Assembly (NCBI GenBank): GCA_029953675.1
Contig: JAMWBK010000009.1
Coordinates: 682,001-746,000, forward strand
Reading direction: 5' to 3'
DNA length: 64,000 nt
Source: Rhodosorus marinus CCMP1338
Taxonomy: Eukaryota; Plantae; Rhodophyta
Below the pieces are notes generated by a model. That model worked only from the letters and a program-made list of their open reading frames with translations. It had not been told where the DNA came from and ran no database searches. Below, one piece after another: positions 12,549 through 26,550 of this stretch. The position numbers and the translations under genes were made by a program. Each line of letters opens with the position of its first letter. Within the stretch, counting starts at the first letter, position 1.

Positions 12549-14671
12549 TTATCTGAGCGCAGCTGCTTTTTCGAAGAGAGCATCGACAACGCTGTCCATG
12601 TGAGATATGGTCTCCAAGCTGCGGTCGTACCTAGTCGAGCGAATGCGGTCAAATTGTAAACACATGTCAGAAGAGTATGGTCGCGATTTTCTGTCCCACA
12701 TTAGCTTTCTGCGGGAGTGACAGCACAAGGCTCATCACTGTGAAGTAATTTTTTTGAACGGCAGGGACTTGACTCACGTCTTTCCAATGTCGCTTTCAGG
12801 GAAAACGATTAGGCAGCCGGCGCTCTGGTCCAGAGTTCCATTCAGCTTCTTATCCAGAACGAGCTGGGAGAGCTTTGACTCAACGACAGATTCCTCGAGG
12901 TTGATTCTCTCCGCGATGTGGGAGACCTCCTGCGTCGATTCAGAACGGTGGAAAATTTCAGTGAAGGGTGGGGTGAATGCCATGCTATCATATGCGAGAG
13001 TGCGTACCACTTTGGAAAACGGTTCAATGAGACGCAGAAGGTTCTGTTCCAGAAGCGTATCATAAAGAGCTGAGAGGTGAGAGTGCACGATGAGGTCCTC
13101 CGAGAGCTCCTTCTCGTAAACGCTGAGTGCTTTCTCGAATTCCAACAAGCTCCTTGATGTATGGGCAGCTGCGACTGCTTTCATGGCATCGAGCTGACCA
13201 TGAAAAAAGTCCGAACAGAGAGAAAGAGAAGTCAGACATTTTTTTTGCTTCGCGATGAATTTGAGATAAAATATATCCCTCAGTTCATTGTCCGGGGCGT
13301 ACCTCTTTTCCGCTGTACTTGAGCGCAATCTGCCCCGAGAGTAGGCTCGTCACGTCCTGTGAGTCTTGTGTCATGATCTTACATAGAAGCATGTATTTCA
13401 AGTTCCGGACAGCTCGCGGATCATCCAGGGAGGTGAATCCTTGGAAGGCTTCAAAAAAGTAGGAATATGCCGTCTTATAGTCCTTCTCCTCTGCCGCAAC
13501 GATCCCGGCCTAGCGAGGGAAAAAATAGAGCGATCTGTGAACAACGGCGATCCGATCCTAGACTTCTCGAGTAGACAGCCGCAAGATCAAGTCGCGGTCC
13601 ATAGCCTTCAGCTCCTAGTGTCCTTACCTGCATGTCGATCTCGCCTTGCAAAGCTGGGGGAACATAGATTGCGTTTGCAGTTGTCCTCGCCGAAGTTAAA
13701 GCAGCTCGGGCCTTCGGCAAGTTGCGAAGCGCGTGGTACACTCGAGACTCGATCAGCTGAATCTCGAGAAGATGTGCCTTATCATCCAATTTCTTCACCT
13801 CCCGCAAAAGCTGGTTAATGATTGTCATGCAATCTGTATACCGCTTGCTGCCCAGGTAGAGCGCAGCCAGTCGGCCTGAGAAAAGGGGCGAGCGAAGAGG
13901 ATCGACATAGTTAGAAATTTAAATGTCGATTAATCGATATCGTTCTGATGATCGCTCTGAAGCCCGCCGGCTCCCGAAGATCCTTCGCTTCCAGAAAAAA
14001 GCTTACTTTCAATTCGCTGCCTCAGGAACGTGCGCTTCTCTTGGCGACACCACTCAATGGTTTCCTTGCAAAGGGATACTTGGAGGTCCTCAGTTCCGGA
14101 TATTTCCGCGACTGAATCAATCAAGTTGCGAACAAGTTTCGCCTGTTCATGGATGGAGGAAAGCGAGCGTTGGTTGAGAAGCTTGGTCATAAGGAAAACA
14201 CGAACCACCGGAGACGCGATTGTGGCTCACCGTCTTCGCTTTCGGGATCCTTTCAAAAACTGGTCGCAAAGATCTACTTAATTCCTCCAGCTTTTGTGCC
14301 TTCCTTAGCTTAACCAAAACCTTCATTAAACCTGAAGATTCGCATTCAGCACCGTGAGCTCATCCTTAGCCAAATCCACAAGCATACGTGTTCGGGCGTT
14401 CGATGCCCGGGTTGGGGAGGGAATGCGCGATCCGATCGTAGATCTCACAATTCCAATCCTCCCATCGGCCACGCCCACAACTCCATTCAAAACGCTTGCG
14501 CTTACCATTGATAGCCTGTTCCTCCAACTTCGTCGTCTCATCCGTCGGACTCTCGTTGGTAACAGCCAATACACGATCATAAAATTCCTCAGCCTCTTCA
14601 GGCTTGGTCTCCGCAAGAGCATTAGCCTGCTCCAAGAGATTCTCCTTCTCTACCAAAACACTCTCTCCCAT
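12549..14671 (-). CDS. RPN6: 26S proteasome lid subunit RPN6/PSMD11 (multi-exon)
   Basis: [61 protein letters not shown] and PCI-type [38 protein letters not shown]. Confidence 0.97.
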
Positions 14672-15086
14672 CTTTACTCAAATCCCAAAACCAACACCCC
14701 TCCCCCCCCCCGTCGCCAAAAAAAAACCACACCAGTACCCGATCGATCGATCCCCTGTCCACCCAAATCCAAAACAATTCAAACGCTCAAAAACCCAAAT
14801 AGCGAATCCAATCACCCAAATCTAAACATACATCCACAACATCCACACTCTAGAAACTTCCTCTTTGTCCTCACCAACCTCGCTTCTCCACTACCAGCCT
14901 GACCTTCCCCTCATCAATACGAAAATCGTGCGTGCAAATACTCTTTTCCTTCAACTCCATCCCCACCACTTCCGAAAACCATTTGCTTCTTCCATCAATT
15001 TATCGACCCTGAAGCACTACTCTCCCAAACCAAATTGTTTTATTATTATTTCGATTTGACGACCCTGAAGCAGTTGGTATGGGAAC

Positions 15087-16673
15087 TATGTAATCCGAAA
15101 AACCCTTTCGTGGCACATACATACATCGGGGACTCGTATGCCACCCTTCTGAGTTCGCCTTGTTGCTCGGCGACGACCTTGGGTCGCCTGCGCGGTTTGG
15201 TAGGGAGTCTCAGCTCCCGCTTCTTCACGGTCATACCTGCGTATCCGCGGTTGGCGCTTACCGATCTCGAACTTCGTGTAAGCTTACGACTGTACATGGG
15301 GTTGCCGCAACCCCCGTGGCCTGTTGATGAGGATCCGTTTGTTCAGAGGCTAACTACCCTGAGAAGCGAGAGACAAGACGCTGATGACGCGCGTCCACAA
15401 ACAAAGCAGAATTGGAGCGCCACAGGGTCAAAGAAAGCTCCGTGAGCAGACTATCTAAACGCCCTGGGTCGTTGCGAAACAGAGCTCGCAGCCAGCGAGA
15501 ACCTACACTATCTATCAAGTCAAAGCACTCAATGATGAGGGGGACGAACCGGTACGTCACCGCCGAATCGCGAAAGGTAGGGTTCGACATCGCTGCCGCG
15601 TACTGCGAATCTTTTTCTTTTTTTTTCACTTGCCGCATGGACTGAGCTGCGGCTCCTCGACGCCGAGCCGACGCAGGCAGGTACCTGGTCGCCTGAGGAC
15701 AAGGGATGGAGAGGTCAATGTACTCACTGCGACGCGCATTGAGGTCAGTCACAACGAGATCCGCCACCCGCTGTACCGCTGGGGCGTCACTCTCATCAGC
15801 AATTTCCGATGCCACCGCCAGAAGGACCTCATACTCCACTTCTCGGTCCGTACCGAGGGATTGAGAACGAAGGTGGCGGAAAAGGAAGCGTGTGAGCCGC
15901 GTATGGCGTCTGGTCCGGGCCCCTTGAACCTCCGCACAAGACGCCAACAAGAGCGCACCATTATCACCCCACGGCACATTGGCCGCGCACAATCCACATC
16001 TAGAATCCCGCTCAAAATTCTAGTGCGCATTGTACGGGGCCAATGCGCTGGGGTGATTATGGTGCGCTCTTGTTGGCAACTTGTGCGGAGGTTCAAGGGG
16101 CCCGGACCAGACGCCATACGCGGCTCACACGCTTGCTTTTCCGCTACCTTCGTTTTCAATCGCTCGGTACGGACCGAGAAGTGGAATGTGAGGTCCCTCT
16201 GCCGGTGGGATCGGAAATTGCTGATGAGAGTGACGCCCCAGCGTTCCAGCGGGTGGCGGATCTCGTCGTGTCTGACCTAAATGCGCGTCCAGTGAGTACA
16301 TTGACCTCTCCATCCCATGTCCTCAGGCGACCAGGTACATGACTGCGTCCGCTCGGCCACGAGGAGCCGCAGCTCGGCCCATGCGGCATGTGAAAGAATC
16401 GCAGTATGCGGCAGCGATGTCGAACCCTACCTTTCGCGATTTGGCGGTGACAGACCGGTTTGTACCCCGCATTATTGAATATTTTGGCTTGATAGATAGT
16501 CTAGGTTCTCGCTGATGCGAGGTATGTTTCGCAACGACCCAGGGCGTCTAGACAGTCTGCTCACGGAGCTTTCTTTGACCCTGTGGCGCTCAAATGCTGC
16601 TTTGTTTGAAGACGCGCGTCATCAGCGTCTTGTCTCTCGCTTCTCAGGGTAGTTAGCCTCTGAATAAACGGAT
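15087..16673. mobile_element. Small nested cluster of CRE-like 3' fragments (+/-/+)
   Basis: Plus fragment 15087-15325, antisense copy with its tail at 15326, then a plus fragment ending AATAAACGGATC at 16673. Confidence 0.9.
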
Positions 16674-16824
16674 CTGTATAGGCAGATATGCGTTTGAGAA
16701 GACGTTAAGAGACTACGGCGAAAATTGCGATGCCAGAGGACGAAGAGCAAGAGACTGATAAGGACCGGCCTGCTACGGTACGCAACAGCCGTAGGAGAAA
16801 GCATGTTGATGGGCTAGCAGCATC

Positions 16825-16980
16825 GAGGCAAGGAGGCTGCACTTATTTCGTGACTTTTACCAATGAATGGACCAGATGTGTACGGGTGTATCCCATGGCT
16901 GGCAAGGATGAAGTCGCAGAGAATTTTACCGAGTAAAGGAGTTGGTTTGAAAGGCAATCCGGACGGCTAATCAACAACTC
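16825..16980 (+). mobile_element. Copia integrase fragment
   Basis: GGCTYFVTFTNEWTRCVRVYPMAGKDEVAENFTE*RSWFERQSG matches the copia integrase YFVTFIDD..VY.MK.K.EV...F pattern and contains an internal stop. Confidence 0.75.
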
Positions 16981-17526
16981 CACAGCTCTTTAAACTACAT
17001 GCCGGGAATGGCGTAGTCTTTAACATTCTATGGCCATCCTGTTCTTCTACTACTGCTACAGCTTCTCCTTGGGAATTGTAGATTATCCCATGATCCGTTT
17101 TAAGGTTGACAGCAAAAGCTTTTCTCGCTGGTAAATTTCTCGGTCCTTTGCAGTTGCCCAGGCCAAGACTGTTCTGACCGTCTGTCTCTGATTCGACCCC
17201 CCCGCTCGCCCACTTTAAACGACCAACTACTCATTGGGGGGGGGGTTTGAGCCGTTTTCTTCCATCAAGCTATCAACCGTGAAGCACCACTCGAACCGAA
17301 ACTAATTTCTTCTACAATCTACAGAGACCCTGAAAGCCACTTTCGCAACTACTTTCTCTCTTAATCTACCCACCCTGAGGGGCCACTTTCGCTTGACAAA
17401 AAGTTCGGTTTTGTAGCTCACGAGATATTGTGCTAGCTCCCGGAGAAACCTTCCCATCAATGGAGAGTTGGTAAAAATCGGCTGAGGGTCTGATCGAACA
17501 GTTCCGTTAGTACATACTATACTTCT

Positions 17527-19420
17527 TTACACGGATTCCTTGGACACCCCATCTCCAGCAAATTCTTCGCCTCTACTTGCAAGCTCCTGCGTCACTTTTG
17601 GAATGGGCATGTATCGCGACTTGTAGATCACGCTCAAGATGAGAAATCGTAGCGCCATCATCAAGTTCACCGCGACCCAAATGTATCCTAGGCCTAAGCT
17701 CAAATGCCGCTGCAAGAAAATAAGGAAGAGTGCGGATATTCCGCCGCTGAAAACGATTGTGGAGCTCAGCGTTCCAAACCGTCTCGCAGAGCTGTAGACC
17801 CCCTCCAAAACGAAGACCATGGCGTTTAGGGGGATAAAAACTGCCATGATGGGTAAACATGAGGTTATGGAGTCAAGCGTAGTCCGGCTAGACGCAAACG
17901 CTTGAGCAAGTGGATAACCCGCCAGTATCAGAATCGACCCGTTCACACACCCAGCGATGAAAGCGATCTGCAGTAGCCTCGAAGCAGCCCTCCTCGCGTG
18001 CGCGTAGTCCTTTTTCCCAAGCGCCACTGGCACAATAGACTGCCCCGCGACGGAAATCGCGTCTAGGACACCACCGAGTAAACTCCAGATCTGTCGCTGG
18101 ACCTGCAAAGCATAGATTACTACAGTTAGCAACTGTTCCGACTTGCGGTGAACACCCTGAAGCGAGGAGATCTCTTGCTCAAAAAGGATTGAGGACGTAC
18201 TTCAAAGGCCGCTAGGCAAAGGCTTCCGCGCATGGATGCAGCCACATTCGCCAGATTTAGCACGCTGATTATTGACAGACTCCGGAATGTTAGCGCGAAG
18301 CCATCCCTTGCCAGGTGTGCAAGTCGCGACTTCGCAGGAAATTCGAGTAGATGGGCTGGATCAAGCCAGCCGCGCCTGATGAGTATCGAAAGCGACACTA
18401 TTGCGTGCAGTAGTTGAGTCGCAGCTTGCGCAATCGCTGCACCAGCGACGCCGAGTCCGAGGTAGAACATGAAGAATGGATGGAGAGCCAGGTTGACCAC
18501 GTCGACGAAAATCGAGGTACCGAGCGGTGTCGCCGTATCCTGGAATGCTCGAAACGCCGCGACGGCCACATTCGACACGAGAAATACGGGAGCAGAAATG
18601 ATCCGGTACCTCAAGTAGATCGACGTTTGTTCGAGCAGCAAGCTGGAGGCTCCCAGCTTGCTCGAAATGGGCACGGTGAACACCCCCAGGACGATCATGA
18701 TCACTATCCCAGCTCCAAAAGCTACAAGCAGAGTGCTTGCGAGAATCCGCGAGGCCTCCTCTGGGTTCTCGCTGGATTCTGCTGCAATCCTCGGAAGCGT
18801 CGCTATCCCGAGAAAGTTCATGGGCATGGTGAACAAGTTGAAAACGCCTGTTGCGGCGAAGACGATGAGAACGGAAAATCCCAAGAACAGTTGGTCAGAG
18901 GCTGTGCGCAAGGAGGAAAAGTCTGCCCGCACTCAAGACGGTACCTTTCCCGATAGCTACCGATCCGATCGCGTGATGACCCAATCTCGCGATAAACGCG
19001 GTATTCACCAGTGACACGGAAGGTTCTAGAGCAAAAGAGCCAACCGCGGGTAGCGCCAATCGAGCCGCTTCCTTATCAAGCTCCTGTACCCTAAATACAT
19101 TTCGAACCTGGGAAAGCGAATCGTACTGGGGGGTTAGGTCTCATCGAGTTGGAGATACAGGGCAGACTACCTGCTAGAACTGCATCAAGCCTGACTTACC
19201 GAATTCAAAAATGCTGATGGTTTCCTTGCCTCTACGAGTTCCGAGTTCTCGTGCTCGACTGCACTCGACGGAATCGCTGGACCAGGACGAAATCCATCTC
19301 TCCTCCGCCCAGTCCGGCGCTGTCTACATGCACTCGTGTTTCTCCCATTTCCAGGGGAACTTCCCAACAACCCAGGTACGAAACTCGCACATCTGACATC
19401 ACGATTGTACCCCTCTTCAC
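17527..19420 (-). CDS. MATE (multidrug and toxin extrusion) transporter; N-terminus uncertain
   Basis: RLALPAVGSFALEPSVSLVNTAFIARLG, AFRAFQDTATPL, LGVAGAAIAQAA, AAFEVQRQIW and FVLEGVYSSARRF. Confidence 0.88.
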
Positions 19421-19739
19421 TCATTACATCAACAACATCAGATTCTCTGCAGAATCGAAGCGCTCAAAACCAAAAAAAAAAAAAAAAAAGCAACAAAATG
19501 ATGATAAAACTAACGCGTGCATTAGAGTTCTTCTTCACCAAAACAAAAAAAAGAGAACAAACCAGCCTGCGGCATGGCCTTCAGAAACACGCCAAACAGA
19601 CAGAAAAGAAGAGCAAAGGGAACAAACTTGCTCTTTGTGTATCGTAGCTGATCTCATTCATCCACATACATTGGCGGAGTTCAAATTAAAAATCAGTTGT
19701 TGTAATCATCAAAAAGTTTTTAAGACAGCGATCAGCTAG

Positions 19740-20900
19740 ACAACTAAAACCAAGTTAATAAAATACTTAAGAGTATAACTCAACAACAACTTAAACGCTT
19801 AAACTCGGTTAGCCAGGTCATCATCGTTCAAACAGGCGACAAGCCTTTCAGCAGTGACGTTGTCCAGTTTTTTAAGGGCGCGAGCGTGCGACCCGTTTTG
19901 AACAGGTCTTCACAAAACAATGTGCCGGATTTCTTGAGCGTGTCATCCATCACTGGAGTTTCGATTCCTCCACTGTTGATCAACTCGCGCATAATCATCA
20001 GGAGATGCTTGGCACCCTCGGCCAGTTAGCGGTGCTGCACGTCGATCGGAGCCAAAACAGCAGTATAATCGGGATGGGATAGAACAAAGCTATTATAGTC
20101 GGTCGAGCCGGCTGGGTACCACTGATTACCAAACTCCAGGTGCGGCGCAGATGTCAATCCAAGCGCCTTTGCACCGGCAACGCGCACGCGGTCCAAAGCA
20201 AGGATGCGCGTCATGGCCCCTCCCCCCCCCCGTCGACTGCCCAATCACCGTAGAGCTTTTCACGTGGACGATGACCGGTAGCTGCAAAGCACGATCAAAG
20301 TTGTCAACGTCACGGCTGGATGCAACGTCGCCTTGGTAAAAAGATATCAAAATGGACGCAAGGTTGGGGTACCAGACTAATTCTGATTCGATCTGTTCGT
20401 CCATCTTCGCCATCAACTCAAGCCTGGCGGGCGGATAAGCGGCAAGCTGAATACAGTGCTGGAGACAAAAAATCTTGATGTCCGCTCCATCTCCCCGACG
20501 CGAGACCTAAGGGGGGAGGAGGGAGAGGTTGACGCTTCGATAATCGTCTTGGGAAAGCGATCAGCATCTTTGAAGGTGTCTTTGGCCAAGACCATGAAGC
20601 CGCCGCCGGGTAAGAGAACTACCGTCTTTCCACTCAAATCGTGCTCCGCCATACCTTGAGCAAATCACTGTGCGCACTCGCCCGAACGGCGATTGTGATG
20701 ATGTCCTCTTTAAGCGCTTGTTCGAGGGAACTGGTTTCCACGTCGTTCTGACAGCCTCCGACATGGTTGATCAAGTTGTTGTTAGCTTTAACACCCGGGA
20801 TGATACCACATATCAGTCTTCAAAGTGGATGGATCTGCGTTATCGGATGTTTTGCGATGAGCACGCTTAACGGGCAGCTAAGCAATGTAATGAGTAACGT
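19740..20900 (-). pseudogene. Unidentified protein-like reading frames (broken or multi-intron gene)
   Basis: Consecutive globular-looking ORFs 20413-20652, 20126-20416 and 20026-20244. One break falls at a C-run near 20220. No family recognised. Confidence 0.3.
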
Positions 20901-22108
20901 AATCGGTGCTATGTATCGTTAATTCCTAACTGCTATTGTGGCAAAGACTTGGTGTCTTCCTCTCCATGATCAACCTCCCAACCTCCCAAACCCCAAACCC
21001 TGAATCGCAGCTGAAAAACAAATATCCACCCGAATAGTGGACTCCAGCGCATTCGGGCTCGAACTTTGAAGTGGGACGTGTCGCCATCTTGCTTGGGGTG
21101 TTGGAGATGGAAATGATTCTAGAACTGTTCCGCTTCATTAGATCTTTAAACACTGCTTGTGATGTATGTTTCCTATTCGCGATGTGCTACAGTGGTGGGG
21201 AATGTCTACACCCGCTCCCCCCCTCTCCCACCGGCCCATTCGCTGATTGCTTCCGCAGTGGTTTAGGGGTGTTAAAGATAGAACGATCTCACGCCGATTG
21301 ATTTCATCGGGCCTATCGACCTTGGCTTGACATTCAGATGGGACGGTCCTACTCATCATCAATCCACGTAGACCCGTCATGGCTCGGATAAAGTTGTTAT
21401 CTTCCCCGCTACTAGTGCTTGAGAGTGCATGGTCGCCGTATCCGGAACTTGACGATGCTCAAACATTCGTTCCCTATCCAATGCGTTGTACTTCTCCACT
21501 CATGCCCTCAACGCAGAACAAAAAAACGGTGCCGGTCTTCATACGACGCTCGCGGTTGAGTTCCAGCTGATCCGGTCCACCGCGTTAGTGTTCCATTCCG
21601 GTAAATGGTTTCTTGCGTGACAATCCCTTCATTACAAATGGACGGACTGGAACGGCATGTCCTCTTACTGCCGGCATTGGAGGTTGGGATGTACGGCACT
21701 GTTCCAATTCCTGATATCCGTTACTGCTCTTTGATGAACGCTGGTTTATCTGAAGTAGTGCTCCTCACATTCGGACAATCCACCATGTCCTCCTTGCTGT
21801 GAGGATCGGATGTCTATGCCAGCGTGTCATGGTCCAGTCTCAGTCGTCTGAGAGGAACCAGGTCAGCTTGCAAATTTTAACTGGTCGATTGGTCTTCCAG
21901 AGCCACTGGAATAGTCGCCAGTGTCCGCAGGACTCTGATCTGAGATTGGGTATTCGAAAACGATTGGGTTGTTCAGATTCAGCAGATCTATTCTTAGCTA
22001 GAAGCACATCGTGTACATCTCATTCTACGATCCGATCGTTCTAGTGGCCTACCGCTATCAACCATAATGCAAAGCTAGGCGAAGCTATGCAAAGCTAGCA
22101 TGTGAGAG

Positions 22109-23270
22109 TTGGATCAGCTCATTGAAAAAAGCTTTAGTTCTAGAACTCCATTTTTTGGTATCGACTTTGCTTCTTTGCAAGCTGTGGGCGAGCTGCGGTT
22201 GCCAAGCAAACTGCGGTGGAACTGTCGCAGCTGTTTTGGATTGGCAGAAGGACTGCGCACGTGGGTGACACTTGACATGAATATTCGCTTACATGATGTT
22301 TCTGACGGTCTCAGACCAGGTCTCGCTCTAGCGGATGCCAACTTTGTCTCCGAGTTTGCGGAAAGCTGGGGGATCACATGGCTGAGCGCGATGAGATCTG
22401 TTCGTGGTGCTGTCTACATAGTATCGCTATTTTTGCTTGCTGGAGGCGAAATTCATTCTCTGCTTGTCGAAAGGCCAGCGATTTGGGACTGTGGAACAGT
22501 CGTCGCTCTGCGGATGAGTCGCAACTCGCTCGGTAGAAGCGCGTTGTGGTTTGCGATGCCACTGATCGTGGGTACATTTCTGTGCTTTTGGCAATATCCT
22601 TCAGGGATGGGGTATGCAACTCCAAGAATTGCACGTGCTCAACTTCAAGATGTGATTCTTTTCATTCCGCCCACTGACCATGCTTCTGTGAACTCGTGAC
22701 GTCAGTGGTGCGAACAGACTCAACTGGATAATCCCGAACGCTTTGCTTTTTGCCGCGGTTGCGGTAATCAATATTGTGGCTATGAGGGCGGTCTCGCGCG
22801 ATCTTCTCTCCAACGAAATGGGTGACACTGAAGAGGTACTGGAGAGACTCACCCGCCGGCTCTCAAGAGTCCAATTTGCTCGCTTGTTGCTTTTACTCAG
22901 TGCTCTCGCATTGAGCGTATGGGAGCTGGCCGACCGGTTTCTTTAGAATACCGCGGAGGCAGTTTGAATGGGAACACCGCGAGCCAGGGGGTATTACGAC
23001 TACTGCTCGGAGATAGAACTTGTTGCTTGAAAGGGTTTCCATTGCTATGGTTGAACACAGGACCACATGTTCGAGCTGGCAGGTGGTACTCTGATACAAA
23101 AGAGTCGTTGGAATCTATTCTGACAGTCAAGCAAAGCGTAGACGTTGACCAAAGGGCGGCTCACGAGGAAATGGCCCGTTTGAGAATGTTCCCCGGGAGA
23201 ATGGGTATGCAGACTTCTCCATGGCCGTTTCTGGTTTTTGGTTCGAATCGCGGAAACCGCCGCCCGTGAA
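22109..23270 (+). CDS. Hypothetical membrane protein (probably spliced)
   Basis: Adjacent same-strand ORFs 22109-22699, 22743-22946 and 22919-23269 with several hydrophobic helices. No family recognised. Confidence 0.35.
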
Positions 23271-23959
23271 TCTCCGTTGCACGAATATGTTGTATCCCTT
23301 ATTCGTGGACGGGCATGTGCGAGTTGGGAAGCCTACTCGACCACGGAGATCATCGTATACCGCTAATCGGATGAGGATGATGTCCACCACTCAAAGCGAC
23401 ACTATAGAAAGAGCTCTGCGACCCGAGCCGACGAAAGGAAATAGCTCGCTGCGACTATTCTTCGTTGGAACGCTCAAGCAGTCTGCAATGACATCATTGC
23501 CTGTCCCTCGTTACAGGAACAACAACCACGCTGTCCATACGAGATGAGAGTCAACACAAACCACGAGAATTTGACACAGAAGTTTTGCAATACGGCGTCC
23601 ATTAGTACAAATTACTAAACAGGCGATTTGTATCGTTCTTGATGAAGGGCTTGGTCCGGTGACGGCCGGGATAGCTTTGGCGTATGCTCCCCTCCAACTC
23701 TTCTCGTCTCCTTCAGCTTTCTCATGGACGCGAGTTCGTTCACCGGACTGATCTGGTCGAGCCCGGGCCTGTTAGTGAAGAGCACCCCTACTTGAGAAGT
23801 CGCCGATAAATCGATTTCTCAAGTATAGCAGCACCGCTAACGGTTCGCGCGTCATCAGCGTCTTGTCTCTCGCTTCTCAGGGTAGTTAGCCGCTGAATAA
23901 ACGGATCTTCATCTTCATCTTCAACGGACCTCCTGAAACAAGGACGTCCACTCCTGATC

Positions 23960-24190
23960 ACTCCGACAGCCATGAAACGCTGAAATCAGCATTCGAAAAA
24001 TTGAAAATGCTGGTGACATCGGGACCGGTGCTAGCGCTACCGCACCGAGGTTGGCGCCACAACACCCACTGCCGACGGAGGCCTTGTTTTTTAGGTGGCA
24101 TATCGACTTCATTGGGCGATTGCCGACGACGCCACGAGGGAATCTCAGATCAAAGTGAGCACTCGTCATCGTGTGCTTTGGTTTATTTGA
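23960..24190 (+). mobile_element. Ty3/gypsy RT-RNase H connection fragment
   Basis: SAFEKLKMLVTSGPVLALP (23986-24042) resembles the gypsy AFE.LK..L.SAPVLALP motif. Confidence 0.5.
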
Positions 24191-26550
24191 TAGGGTAGGC
24201 TCTCGTTGGCTTCGTGGGCTCTTTCGGAACAACCCAGGGCGTCTTGATAGCCTCCTCATGGAGCTGTCTTGATCCTGTGGCGTTCCAACGCTGATTTATT
24301 GTTGGACGCGCGTCATCAGCGTCTTGCTTCTCGCTTCTCCGGGTAGTTAGGCTCTGAATAAACTGATGGATGGAGCACTAGGTCCGCCACCCGTTACCAC
24401 TGGGGCGTCAGCCTCATCAGCAATTGCCGTTGCCACAGGCAGTGGGACCTCGTACTCCACCTCCGGGTCTGCGCTCAGGGCCTGAGAACGAAGATAGGGG
24501 AAAAACAACCGGTTTGCGCATTGGTCACGCTTTTTCAGAGCATAACTACCCTCAGAAGCGAGAGAGCCGCGTATGGCGTCTAGTCCGGGTTCTTTGGACC
24601 TCCGGACAGGATGCCAACAAGCGCCCACGAAAATCACCGGAAGGCACCGAGGCCCCGCAACCCGAGACTAACGTAACCCCAAATCCATGACGACCCCCTG
24701 CTCGTGAAAACGGCAATTCTCATACCGTTTATTCAGAGCCTAACTACCCTGAGAAGCGAGAGACAAGACGCTAGTGACGCGCGTCTACAAACAAAGCAGC
24801 ACTTGAGCGCCACAGGGTCAAAGAAAGCTCCATGAGCAGATTATTTAGACGCCCTGGGTCGTTGCGAAAGATAGCTCGCAGCCAGCTACAACCTACACTA
24901 TCTATCAAGCCAAAGCACTCAATAATGCTCCCGCTTCTTCACGGTCATACCTGCGTATCCGCGGTTGGCGCTTACCGATCTCGAACTTGTCCGTTTATTC
25001 AGAGGCTAACTATCCTGAGAAGCGAGAGACAAGACGCTGATGACGCGCGTCCACAAACAAAGCAGAATTGGCGCGCCACAGGGTCAAAGAAAGCTCCGTG
25101 AGCAGACTATCTAGACGCCCTGGGTCGTTGCGAAACAGAGCTCGCAGCTAGCGAGAACCTACACTATCTATCAAGCCAAAGCACTCAATGATGGGGACGA
25201 ACTGGTATGTCACCGCCGAATCGCGAAAGGTAGGGTTTGACATCGCTGCCGCGTACTGCGAATCTTTCACTTGCCGCATGGACTGAGCTGCAGCTCCTCG
25301 ACGCCGAGCCGACGCAGGCAGGTACCTGGTCGCCTGAGGACAAGGGATGGAGAGGTCAATATACTCACTGCGACACGCATTGAGGTCAGTCACAACGAGA
25401 TCCGCCACCCGCTGTACCGCATGGGCGTCACTCTTGTCAGCAATTTCCGATGCCACCGCCAGACGGACCTCATACTCCACTTTTCTCGGTCCAGATGCGC
25501 ATTGTGCGGGGCCAATGTGCTGTGGGGAGATTATGGTGCGCATTTGTTGGCGTCTTGTGCGGAGGTTCAAGGGGCCCGGACCAGACGCCATACGCGGCTC
25601 AACCGCTTGCTTTTCCGCTCCCTTCGTTCTCAATCCCTCGGTACGGACCGAGAAGTGGAGTATGAGGTCCCTCTGGTGGTGGCATCGGAAATTGCTGATG
25701 AGTGACGCCCCTGCGGTACAGCGGGTGGCGGATCTCGTTGGGACTGACCTCAATGCGCGTCGCAGTGAGTACATTGACCTCTCCATCCCTTGTCCTCAGG
25801 CGACCAGGTACCTGCCTGCGTCGGCTAGGCGTCGAGGAGCTGCAGCTCAGTCCATGCGGCAAGTGAAAGATTCGCAGTACGCGGCAGCGATGTCAAACCC
25901 TACATTTCGCGATTCGGCGGTGACATACCGGTTCGTCCCCCTCATTATTGAGTGCTTTGGCTTGATAGATAGTGTAGGTTCTCGCTAGCTGCGAGCTCTG
26001 TTTCGCAACGACCCAGGGCGTTTAGATAGTCTGCTCACGGAGCTTTCTTTGACCCTGTGGCGCTCCAATTCTGCTTTGTTTGTGGATGCGCGTCATCAGC
26101 GTCTTGTCTCTCGCTTCTCAGGGTAGTTAGCCTCTGAATAAACGGATCTATATGACCGTGAAGAAACGGGAGCTGAGGCTCCCCCCCAAACCGCGCAGGC
26201 GAGCCAAAGTCGGCGCCCAGCACGAAGGTAAACTGAGAAGGGTGGCATACGAGTCCCTCAATGCGCGTCGCAGTGACTATATTGACCTCTCCATCCCTTG
26301 TCCTGAGGCGACCACACCTGCCTGCGTCGGCTCGGCGTCGAGGAGCTGCAGCTCGGTCCATGCGGCAAGTGAAAGATTCTCAGTACGCGGCAGCGATGTC
26401 AAACCCTACCTTTCGCGATTCGGCGGTGACATACCGCTTCGTCCCCCTCATTATTGAGTGCCTTGGCTTGATAGATAGTGTAGGTTCTCGCTGGCTGCGA
26501 GCTCTGTTTCGCAACGACCCCTTGCGTTTAGATAGTCTGCTCACGGAGCT

